Assembly: GCA_050273025.1 (NCBI GenBank)
Contig: CP158635.1
Span: forward strand, 18,972,001-19,036,000
DNA from: Cenococcum geophilum
Taxonomy: Eukaryota
Length of the DNA stretch: 64,000 nucleotides
Reading direction: 5' to 3'
Below the pieces are notes generated by a model. The model saw only the letters and a program-made list of their open reading frames with translations, did not search any database and was not told the DNA's origin. The translations under genes and the position numbers were made by a program. Numbering within the stretch: the stretch's first letter is position 1; each line of letters opens with the position of its first letter. Shown one piece after another: positions 1 to 12,083 of this stretch.

Positions 1-861
1 TAATCCCTTTATCTTTAGTTCCTTCTTAATAGTACCTAACCCATTTTCTTCTAATACTCCTATACCTTTCCTATAGCATTTTTTAAATTCTATAGTGGTT
101 TTTAGGTAGTCTTATTATAGCCTATCTACTTAACCTTATACTATATTTTATTATTAACGTCTTTATAACTAATAATCTTGAAAACTTACTATTTATCTTC
201 TTCTTATCCTCTATACGTATCTGCTTTATAAATTAGTGGCTTAATATTTCCGTATACTGGCTCTAGTATTATAATATACTATATAGGGTAGATCTTTATT
301 TTAGCTAGTAGGTTTAACTTAAATATAACTAGTAAAATTCTCTATATAATTTTAAAAGGTCCTAGTCTAACGTAGTCTAACTTCTTACTTAGTTATTAAC
401 TCTTAAAATTTTTATATAGTAGTTATACTTTATCCCCTTCCTTAAGATCTAGTCCCTTAGATCTCTTAGCGTTATAATACCTTTTTATCTTTTCTTATAC
501 TGCCTTTACTAATTTTATAAGATTTATATAAAGATTTATTAACGTCTTTATCCTTTCTTTAGCTATACTACTTATTTTCTTCGCTTATTATAGTAATAAT
601 AATATTCTTAACTTATATTTATAATTCGCCTTAAATAGTAATACGCCTATTTCTTCTTATAGTGTTATATTATATATAAGCTATATAATTAGTAATAGTA
701 ATACCTAATTATTCTATGCGTAATTAATATAATATCTTAAATACTATTCTAGCGTTTAATTTAATCTTTCCGTTTAACTGTCTGTCTATAGGTAATACGC
801 TATTAATATCACTGCGTAAACCCCTTATTTCGCTAAGAATACCTCCTAGAATGCTGCTATA

Positions 862-1044
862 TATTACGGCACCCGTAACGGATCTGGTTAGGGGCTCACT
901 TAAGACTTAGCGCATATATATAGACGTCCTTTCCTCCACCTTCTGCTTCTTAGCTTAATATCCTCATTAATAGACAATCTAATTGTACAGGCTTGCATAC
1001 GTTCTTTACGGCGCTCGTGCCTCAATTGACTGAGTCCCGTAGTA
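862..1044. mobile_element. Solo LTR (183 bp), related to 40248-40440 in opposite orientation
   Basis: 5-bp TSD CTATA at 857-861 and 1045-1049. RIP-altered ends TATTACGG..CCGTAGTA. The empty site is visible in Gypsy copy 2 near 19970. Confidence 0.85.
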
Positions 1045-2862
1045 CTATAAATCTTAGGTCTCTATCTAATATAATTTTACTTAGTACTCTATATCTTGCG
1101 AATACTTCTTTAATATAGATTCTAGCGACATCTTTTACTAAGATTTCTTCTGTATATGCTATAAAATAGCCCTATTTAGTTAACTTATCTACTATTATAA
1201 GGATTACATTATACTCCTATCTAGTAATAAGATCTCTTAACTTTAGTAACCTAATAATAAAGTCCTATAATATAACCTCCTATAGTCTTTCTAGTATTTT
1301 AATAGGTTATAGCCCTCTATATGGCCTATACCTTATTAGTTTATTTCTTTAGTAGTCTAAATACTCTCTTATTACTTTTCTAGCGATACCCTAGATTTTA
1401 TTAATAATATATTCTTTCTAAAGTCTTAACACTAAGCCTATTACTCTATTATGTTCTTAAGTTATCCCCTTATAGAAATCTTCTATAAAATACTCTGCGA
1501 TGCTTTTTAGAATATACTTTACTTTTTAATTCTTATATATATTTACCTATAGATTTTCTAGCTATGCCTCTAGAATTCTTTATACCTAAAAGCTCTTTTG
1601 TGTCTTATAGACTCTTCTTAATTTATTATCCTCTTAAGTTACTACTAGCTTAAGATAATTATATCTAATTAATCCGTCCTTATTTCTGCGTAGCATTACT
1701 TCTAATAGGTTTTTATTATTTTATAGTTTAGCCTTTCTACTAAGTACGTCTACTCTTGTATTTTTAGTTCCCTTAATATACTAAATCTTAAAATAGTATT
1801 CTATAAGCATTTCTACCTATTTAATTTATCTTTAGTTAAGTTCTTTTATTATTAAAACCCCTATTAGGTTCTTATAATCTATCTTAACTATAAATAGGTT
1901 TTTTATGCCTTATAAGAATGCTCTTTATTCTTTAAGTGCTATAACTATACCTAATAACTCCTTATTATAGATGTTATAGTTTAACTCTAGTAGTATTATC
2001 TTCCGACTATAGTATGCCACTAAATACTATGCGTTTTTATACTTTTATAGTAAATATACTCCTAGTATAAAGTTTAATATATCTATTTTTACAACCGTAT
2101 CTAGTCCTAGTTAATAAATTTTAAGGATTAGCTCCTAGGTAAATAACTCCTTAAGTTCTTTAAATAACTTTTTTTACTTATTTCCCTATACCTATAGTTT
2201 CTCTTTCTTTATAAGCCTAGTAAACGGTTTAATATTCTTTAACTACTATATTATAAACCTTATATAATAGTTATAAACCCCTAAAAATAACCTTAACTAT
2301 ATTATATTCTCTAGTTCTTACTAACTTACTATAGCTTTAATCTTCTTTAAGTCTATACTAATATGTCCTAGTTTAGTAATAAATTTAATAAAATTAGTTT
2401 TCCTAGTAAAGAACTCGCATTTCTTAATTACTACTAGTATTTATTCTTCTTATAGTCTCTTTAAAACCCATTTAATATATTCCCTATATTCTTCCTTAGT
2501 TATTAAATAAATAATAATGTTGTTAAGGTATGCTATAATAAACTTATTAAGGTATTCTCCTAATATACTATTAATTTGCTTTTAAAATGTTACTAGTATA
2601 TTTATTAACCTAAATTGCATAACTAATAGTTTATATAGTCCTTCCTTTAACCTAAAGACTGCTTTCTATTTATTTGCCTTCCTTAATTTTAATCTAGTAA
2701 TATATCTACCTTAAATCTATCTTTATAAAGATTTATATATTACCTATTCTATCTTAAATTTTACTAATTAAGGGTAAAGAATACCTATCCTTTTTAGTAA
2801 TGCTGTTTAACTGCCTATAGTTAATATATAGCCTAAGTTTTCCGTTTTTCTTTAGTATATAC

Positions 2863-5800
2863 TGTTGGTTACATAGGGTGACTTACTAATAACGACTACT
2901 CGAGTAGGGTTACAGTGATGTTGGTTGATAAAGCTTATTAATTGGAATGAGGGAGGGCGAGGAACTTAAGGCTCCTCGCTACGCTAGTACCGCGGTAACA
3001 CGTGATAGCAACTTGCCATTACGTGACAGCAGTTTGCCGTACGTGGCGGCAACTTACCTTATTCCCGACACTAGCAACTCTTCTTTTATAGTTGCTATCT
3101 ATATATAAATACTGCTTAACTATTGTAACAAATATAAACCCTCCTCGCTTACTATTGCTATTGTAGTATAAGTCTTGCTGTTCTAAAATTTGCCTCTTAG
3201 CACGCGGTGCTTTCTTACTAAGGAGTTATAGGTAGATATTGTGTTAGGGCCGTTAGGGCTGCTAAGGCGCTAGCTGTAAGCGAGCTAATAGTGATTTTCT
3301 ATTTTGGGGATGGAAAATCCTAATTAGCTGGTTTAAGTTAGGGTTTGCAGAATCTAACTAATTAGATAACTTTAACCGCTGGTTAAAGTTCCTAGATATC
3401 TTAAGGCCTTACATAACTAAGACATTTCTAGGGACTCCCTTTTTACCTAACCTTTAACTCGTATATATAGAGTATTTGTATTAACAAACGTCTCTAGTGC
3501 CTTGTTTAGGTTCGCCTTCGTCATTATATCTGCTAGGTTATCTTGGCCATTAATTTATTAAATCTTAAAGAGTTTTTAACGTTTATAGGATTAACGAAGT
3601 GCTATAATGTTAATTATAAGGTGCTTCTCCTTTATGGTACTAAGCTTAACTAAATACTTATAGAGGGAGTATGAGTTGGTATATACGATTGTAGGGATAA
3701 CGGGAAGTTCGAGTTGATCTATAATTATCTTTAGGGTAGTTCCAATTATAATTACTATGTTAACTCCGCCAACTATTCTATATATCTCTAACGCTAGAAC
3801 GCTTTGAGTAACGCGCTTACTCTTAGTTAAGCTCTAATAGATAAGGTTGCTATAGATCGTGAAGTCGTTTTCTCTAGTAGATTCGTTCGCGATAATGATC
3901 TTATATCCTAACTAGGAGCTAAAATCTTTATTATTTATAAACGATCTATTAATAAATATAAAGAGCTTAGCGGTAGGAAGACTAATAGGTATATAGAGTA
4001 GTCCCTAATTAAGATGGTTTATTTGCTAAAAAAAAAACGTTTATTTAGGGCAAGAACGTCGTCCTTAGTTGGTTCTTGGTATTAGGCGGCAACAGAGAGA
4101 TTAAATAAAGCCTTAGGTTAATAGATAGAAGCAACATAAGCTCCGTAAGCGCGTTGCTCCATATATCCTTGCTTTAGGGAATTAACATTAATAACGTTAA
4201 TCTTCTTACCTTAACCCTTTTAGCGTAAAGCAATAACATCCTTATTTAGGGAGAGGATGCATCTATTAAAAAGTAATGGTGTTATTAAATTAAGCTTTTC
4301 CTTTAGCTTTACTATAAGATTTGCCCTTACTAGCTTATCTTCTTTAAGGGCTGAGAATCGGTCGTCTCCTAAGATAATTATATTATTAGTTTATATGCTG
4401 ATAATTCCAAATAGGGTTCCCGTAGTTATAATAAGGAAGCATAGATTAAATGTAGAAGTAGTTATTAAAAGTTTCTCTTTATAGTGCTTGTTATAGGTAG
4501 CCCACTAATAGGTTCCTACCTCTGCGATTCTATATAATGGCTTAAGTATAACTATAATTGTATCCTCGGGATATTAGTAGCAAATTTGCTCTGGAAGGTA
4601 TGCTAATATTAAGCGCTAAAGGTGCGTCTCTGATTAGGTGTAGGCCTAAGTAATATCTTATAAATAAACCGCTATTCTATTCTTTATTAAGGAGGGAGCT
4701 AGCGTAATAATAACTCGTTAACTAGCTCGTTAAATTATGGGAGATTACGTAAGGATTACCTCCTTGCTATTATTGTTATAGCCTTAGATAATAAGCCTTA
4801 ATTTCTTAAATGGGGTGTTAGTAGCTTTACCCTTAATCTCGTTAACTATTTTTGATTTAAAGATGCAAACTCTATCGAACTTAGTATGGTTATACTTCTT
4901 AAATTTAAAGACTCCTCTTGTAATAAGACTATCGATCTCCTGCTTATTAGATGCTTAGAAAGGAGCTCCTAGAGTTATAATACGACCTTCCTTTTAGAGC
5001 TGTTTTGTGAGCTTAAAGTCAGTCTTCTCCTTAGTTGTTATAAAGGCTATTAATAGCTCGATTCCGTTCTTAATAGCGGTAATAAATTGCTTTTTGAAAT
5101 TAATAAAATGTTAGTAGTTTTATAATCCCTTTAGGCAACCTCTACCGCGTCGTAGTTGCGGCGTATCTACTATAATTATATTAGAATTGTTGTCGCCTTC
5201 TAGAGCACGTTAATTATGGCTCTCCTCTAAGGCATTTTCTGTGGCATCCTGCAAAGGCTTAGAACTATTATCTTTATAGTAAGGCTTAATAACAGTTAAA
5301 CGGAATTAAGTAGGTCCGTAAGGTATCTAAATAGTATAAGTCTAACTATTAATTGCAATAAGTTAATATGGGCCTAACTATCCTCCCTTTTTACGCTATA
5401 TGTATACCTTAGACTGGAGTAGTAGGTTAAGCGTAGTTAAGGTGTTTAGGCCATTTCTTATTCCTAATGCGTTGTTGACCTAGCGTATAGCGTAGAGATA
5501 TTATACCTTCTTTGTTGCCTTGTAAATAGCCTTAGCTTATTATATAATAAAGGGAGATAGTAGAGAATTGTTAGTTATTTAAGGGTAGGCGCTAAAGACT
5601 AGCAACGTGGGTATAAGTCTATTTGGGCCAGCGGAATCGTTAATGGCTTTAACAGCTATTTATAAGGTAAGTTTTTTGCTAGCGTTTTCTAGTTCTAAAG
5701 AGATAATCTTATATACGCGGCGTAATAGCACGTGATATTATTCTACTTTTCTAATACTATTATATGCCTTAATAGGGACTTCCTTAACCTTGATTGCCAT

Positions 5801-8800
5801 TGCCTTTATTTATTATTAAAACTCTATAGATAAGAAATTCTTTCCTGTGTTGTGGACGATTTAATTAGGGGGTTTTAGGTAGATATTAATTTAGCATAGT
5901 TAAAGGGTATTCTATACGTTCCTAGCTAATATATCCTTTAAGAAACGTGCGGCTTAGAAGGAGGTTAAGAAGTTGATAACTTAGAGTACTGGCTTGCCGC
6001 TAAGATATATAACGTTAACAATAATACAGAAGTTAAAGTTGTAGTTATTTTTAAGGGTAAACTTAAATCGGCCAGGGGACTTCTAGTTTATTTGGTAGTT
6101 ATAGTAGTACTTTATAAGGTGCTTAATTGCCTTAACCTTAACTTTATAGCCTACTTGCTAAAGAACTCTAAGTAATTAATAAACGGATAGGTGACTAAAA
6201 TAATGGTGTAGTTAACGTAACTCTAACTTAGTTAGGTGGCTTTAAGTAATACTCTTTTCTAGTTAATAAAGGAGCAACTAGGGGTAACCCTACTTGCATA
6301 TAATAGGCACCTAATTATCTCCCTAAATAAGTATATTCTTAAGGTTATTAAGCTTAACGCCTAATTTGTCTATATCTTTAATGCAAAATAGAAATAGGGT
6401 ATTTATAGGGATAATATGGAAAGTGATGTACCCTAGGGGGGTTTAGACCCTAATTATATTAAGAGAGATCGTAGTACCCTTGCTAAAACGAATTGTGTGT
6501 TGGCCTGCTGTTAAATAGTTAATCTAGATAGAGCTATTAAGCTACTAAAGGGCTTAAACTTAAGGTTCTCTTACTATAGATACTCCTGCGGCTCTAGTAT
6601 CTGGTATAATACCATAGAAGACGTTCGCCGAGTATTTGTTATTAAAGGAGAACGTGAAACTTTCCCTTGGCTTATTAAAGATATCTAACTTTATAATAGA
6701 ATGGAGCGTAGATTAGTCATTAAGAACAGTAACGGTTTATATGCTATTTACCTTACCATACTTAGTAAAGTATTGGTTAGGAGAGTAGTCCTTAATTTCT
6801 ATATCTATAAGGAGCTGTTCGGCCTTATTAACCTTACCCTTAAGATCTTCTACGCCTTCGTATTAAACTAGGAAGCTTTAAAAGTAAGCTATAATAGCCT
6901 TACAATTTCTAACGTTTTTTATACTCTAGCGAAACTTATTATATGCCTCCTTTTGCTTATTAAGAGAATGCCTAGTTAACTAGTAATTCGGTTTCTTATA
7001 AATATAGTACTTCTTTTGGCGATTACTTTAAAATAAACCTCTATAAGGACCTATACCTTTGCCTTATAGTTGTTAATTATACCCTCTGCCGTATTGCCCA
7101 CTATAGCTACTATATATTTAATCAGTCTAATTATAATTATATTGGCTAGGCGGGTTAATTAAAGTAGGTTGGAGTTAGGCGTTAAATTGTTGTACTTCTT
7201 AAGAGCGTAGAGCGGTGCTAATGGAAGATCTTAATTAAGCATACACTCCTTTATAAGTATTTGCAGGATTAAAGAGAGTAAGGTTGTATTCTTTAACGCC
7301 TTAGTATACGCTAATGACTTAATTATATAGGCTAAAATCCTCTTAATATAATTCAGATAAACTACGCTAAATTGTCTAAAGTTAATTGAAGAGCTTTTAA
7401 AGATAATTAAGCTGAGGGATACCTAGGTTTATAGTAATAATCCTTAGGAAGGTAGTCTCTCTCTATTCTGATATATACTGCTACTTGTTCTCTTCTGTTT
7501 TAAAGTAGTATCTTAATATATATATTATGCGGTTAAAATTATATCCTTTTTCTACTAAATAATTATAATAGAAGGTACTAGCTTGGCCCTTAAGTATAAC
7601 GGAATAGGCGTTATAGTATTAATTAGACTCTATTCTTACCTTCTAGTAACAGTTATAGAAGATATATAGTTTTAAATTAAGAACATTATATAATTTCCTA
7701 CTAAACTTCTTCTCCTAATCTAAGTAGAGCTTTGTAAGCTCTGTAAGCAATTTTAAACTACCTCCAATTTAAGATTAAGGTAGAGGAGGTGGGAGTTGTA
7801 TTGTAGGCTATAGTAGGGACGTAGGTCTAGTTGGTGGAGTCCGAAGGTTATTAAATTATAAAGTAATGGGATCCTATGCCTGCTCTTATTGGGGTGTAGT
7901 ATCTAATGTTAAGGTTATAGGTTAAATTGGATATAGAGGAGTTAAAGGCGGAGGTAGGTTTATCTCTAGAGGTATATTACTTAAGTTCTATTGTAAGTTA
8001 AGCTTCCTTATAGTGCGTAGTTGGTGCTTAATCTCTTATAGAGTCTATTTATACTCTTCTTTTGCGTTAATAACCTGCTCCTAAATGTTGTCTTTAATAG
8101 TACCCCCGTCCTTAGGGATAAATACTCTATTCTTCCGAAGGAAGTTACGGAAGTTTTATATGATATCCTTGTTTACGGGGGCCTATATTTCCTTTGTCCA
8201 TCTAATAAAGTCCTCCTTTATATATTTCTATAGCGCGGTATCGTTATATTTACTGTCCTTGTAATATACTATACGGTATAATAAAAATCCATTTAAGTCT
8301 TGTTTATTAGCGTTTGTAAGGTTAATTATGGCTTTGTTCTATATCTTTAGGTTAATATCTTCCTTATACTTCTTTAGGTAGGTTAACGTTATAGTAGGTG
8401 TAGAATTAACGGGGTGTTATACGTTGAAGGTAGGTAAGATTTTCGGTTTTATAGGATCTTGTAGGTTTGCTGTCAAGAGGTAGGCAATTTAAGATGTTGT
8501 TTAACGCGTTTTAGACGTCGTTTAACGCGTTTTGGACGTTAACTTAGGACCCTAGGTTTAGTGACACTTCTAACCTAAAGTACTTAACCAAATCTTCGTA
8601 AACGCGGTTGTTCTACGTAATAGACGCAACTTGGTATCTCCTAGTACTTAGTAATACTTCTATTACTAGTTTTCCGTAAGTCTAAGGTAGTATAGTATCG
8701 CCGGGATCCATTCCATATAAGCGCATATAGCACCCCTATATAAGACTGTCTCTTTTATTTAAAAACCTAGCTGCTTTGTGGTTAACTGTGTATTCAACTA

Positions 8801-9016
8801 TTAATTAGTGTTAGTTATATAGGGTGACTTACCAATAACAACTACTTAAGTAGGGTTATAGTAATGTTAGTTAATAAAGCTTATTGATTGGAATAAGGGA
8901 GGGCGAGGAACTTAAGGCTCCTCGCTACGCTAGTACCGCGGCGACACGTGATGGCAACTTGCCATTACGTGACGGCAGTTTGCCGTACGTGGCGGCAACT
9001 TGCCTTATTCCCGACA
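2863..9016 (-). mobile_element. Full-length RIP-degenerate Ty1/Copia element (GalEa-like)
   Basis: 208-bp LTRs at 2863-3070 and 8809-9016 (TG..CA). TSD TATAC/TATAT. Order gag-PR-INT-RT-RH on the minus strand. RIP-altered CTGATCAGT (CTAATTAAT) directly after the 5' LTR. Confidence 0.92.
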
Positions 9017-11529
9017 TATATAATACTAGATATTTTACTAATAACTATAATAGTCTAATATATCCCTTCTATAAGTTCTCCTAAATAAACTCTTTAAGTA
9101 CTCTTAACTCCTTTTAAGTAAGCTTATAGGTTAGGAAAAACCTTAGACTTATTCTTAGTTTTAACTCTATTTTATAGTTCTATACTATATACTTTAATAA
9201 CCTTTTACTTTTTAGGCTCTATAGTTTTTTGCCATACTTATAGTATCTCTTTAGTATATAACTTAAGCCTTACTTAATATCTTTATATATCGCTTTAACT
9301 TAGTACTATACTAACTTAGTTTATTATTATATTTTACAGCGTTAAGTATCTTTAATATTAACCTAACCTATAACCTAATTAATCTTTAGATTATATTTCT
9401 ATAACTAAGGTATACCTAATACTGCCTTATCTCGTTCTAATGGTAGGATATTAAAAAACATCTTAATTTATCTTCCTTTAATAGTTATCTAAATAGGTCC
9501 TATTTTAAGATTAATAATACCTCCTTTATAGGCTATTAGATCTCCTAAAATTATAACTAATAGGTAAGGTTACTCTTTTTATCTATAAGGCAATCCCATT
9601 CTCTTAACTGCTATTAGTAAGATATGGTTTCTTATTACTCCACTATCTATTAGCGCTTTAAACTGTTAATCTTACTAAGTAACTTATAAATTTAGGTGTT
9701 ATTCTTAAATTCTTTTAAGGGTTTAAGGCTTTACTACTAGCTCCCTTTAGTTTTATAGGCCTCTACTTTCCTAACTATTAGCTACTTAATCCTATTATAT
9801 TTAGCTCGCTCTTTAGCTAATATCTAGTTTGCTTTTTATCTTTAATATACTATAAATACATATTCTCTAGGTATTCCCACTACTATTATTTATCTAGGTA
9901 TTCTTTTATAAGAAATCTTTCTAGTTAAAGTATTAAGTCTTTTAACTCCTAAACTTTTACTAAATACGATTCGTGTATATACTTAGTATTTTTATACTAT
10001 TACTTATCTAGCGCCTAATATATCCTTATAAAGTATTTCCATTTTTTTTCTTTTAGATTTTTGCGTATATTATATATATTATCTATATATATAATCAATA
10101 ATAGCGTATAATATACTAGGTGCTTTAGGTTAACTCTTAACTTATCTTTATCCTTAAGTTTAAATCTTTATTATATTAATCTAAATATTATAACTTTATT
10201 TACAGGTGTAACGAGGCCTTATAGGAAATACTACGGCAGACTTATTAACGGGCTAGGTATATAGGTAAATAAGAAGTCAATAATGTAATAATAACTAGTG
10301 GAGTGGTTGCCTAATAGATTAACTCTAATTATATTCTAAGATTTATTATAAAGAAAAGAAACTATCTATAAAGACCGTATGTCCTTAAATATATAACTCC
10401 TCCCTATAGTAAAGAGTTTAGTACATTAGTACGTTAGTACGTTAGTATATCGCGTTCCCACGTTTTTATATTCCTATATTCTGAACTTATAACGTAACTA
10501 GCTATATAACTTAGCTACCTTTTATCCTATAGCTTAATTAGTTCTAGCGCCTTCTATACTATTTTAACTAACCCGTTTATATCTATTTTTAGTAGTTATA
10601 CTACTGCTGATATAAGGTCTGTAATACTATCCCCCTCCTCTTTATCTTTATCTTTAAAGATATCTCCTATCTCTAAGTTGTCTATTAGAGGTATAGCATT
10701 TCTATCTTTAATTTGGTGACCTTTATTATTCCTAATACCTCCTATTAGATCTTTTATGTTTAATTATTATAACTGGCTAGTGACGTTTATTTTATAGCTT
10801 AGTAAAGTTATACTATCCTATTCTTATTATGCGGAAAAGAAGTTAATATATATTGCGATTGTAGCTCTATTTAGTTACTAACCTTCTTTTTATACTAAGT
10901 GTATATAAGCAAATATACGATCGTTTTATAATGTTTAATCTATCTCTAACGCTAAATATACGTGTCTTATTATTCTTTATAACCGTCTAGTTCCTTATCT
11001 AATCTCCTTTAGGGTTGCGCGTATTAATAGCGGCCGAAAAACTAGAGAGTAAGCTAGCTAAGGCCCTTACTAAGGTTTAGCGTTATTCTAATAAGGCGTC
11101 TTAGGCTCTAAAAGCTTAACTAGATGCTTATACTCGCTTAAGCTATTTAGCGAAGGTATATAAAAAGGTGCGTTTAAAAGAGCTATTATGCCTAAGCTTA
11201 ACCCACTTGACCATACAAACTACTAAAAAGGTAGCAGTAGTGTCTCGCAACTGGACGGGCTGCCGGTTGGAATGCCTTATAAGCTCTCCAGCCTATACCG
11301 CAGGTATAGGTAGCGCATCGCATAATAAGAGCTTTGCTTAGTAGAGTAAGGTCTATCTAAACTTAAGGCTAATAAGGCTAAAAAGGATTTCTATTAAGAA
11401 GAGGCGGAAATAGCTTATACGCTAGTAGTGGATCCTTTAGATAATCTGGCTTGTCTATTGCCTTTAGCTAATTCCTTTATCTTTAGCTCCTTTTTAATAT
11501 TACCTAACCCGTTTTTTTAATACTCCTAT

Positions 11530-12083
11530 CCCTTCGTGTGGCAACTTTTTTATGAACTTTTCGTATATGCACGCCTCATAAGCCAATCTAGAAGCTCTAT
11601 ACCGTATAGAGCTTGGTGTTAAAGCCTCTAGTCAGTGCGGCTGTACTGGCGCCTCATTGACGCTTTTGACGCCGCGGTTAACAGCAGCAACGTGGCCAGG
11701 AAGCCTATAATATTTAATCAAAAGGCTTTAATATTGTCGCCGTCTGTTTGGTCATTAAATTGTTAGTAAAATATTATTCTTATGCTACCTAGAAAAAGTC
11801 GTGCGTCTTCAGCTCTGAAGCCTCTAAAGCTGGTTAATAAAAGGCAGAAACTTATAGTCATGACATTATATATCACGACCTTTTGCCCAACTTCCTTAAA
11901 AAAAAATATATACGTGTTTATAGTGGTGGCCTTCTGCAGTATTTCATCGGCATCGCAATATTGAACGCGTTTTGGTGAGGCTTGCTAATAAAATAACACT
12001 AGCTAGGGTGCCTGCAGCATGCTAACCTAGGCAGGAGCGCCCAAAGCGCCCAATACGAAAAGTCCGTTTTGCCACACAAAGGG
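11530..12083. mobile_element. Non-autonomous TIR element (MITE, 554 bp), CCC..GGG termini
   Basis: 15-bp TIR CCCTT(C/T)GTGTGGCAA plus a shared subterminal ACTTTTCGTAT. The insertion is absent from the homologous site in Gypsy copy 1 (~55-70). Confidence 0.88.

Larger units (their letters stand above)
1..10206 (-). mobile_element. RIP-degenerate Ty3/Gypsy chromovirus, copy 1 (pol and part of gag; runs off the window start; interrupted at 862-1044 and 2863-9016)
   Basis: The minus strand reads as RIP-decayed chromodomain (~60-200, ..YKVKW.GY...TWEP..NL), integrase GPF motif (~350-390) and RT AYLDD-like motif (~2515-2545). It is colinear with copy 2 (11470-12560 and 19650-23175). Confidence 0.85.

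Noticed and set aside
4257..4484. Repeated small ORF (also 47357-47542), and ORFs in LTRs (8884, 23908, 26479)
   Set aside because: Antisense to Copia RT or inside LTRs; repeated only because the elements are repeated.
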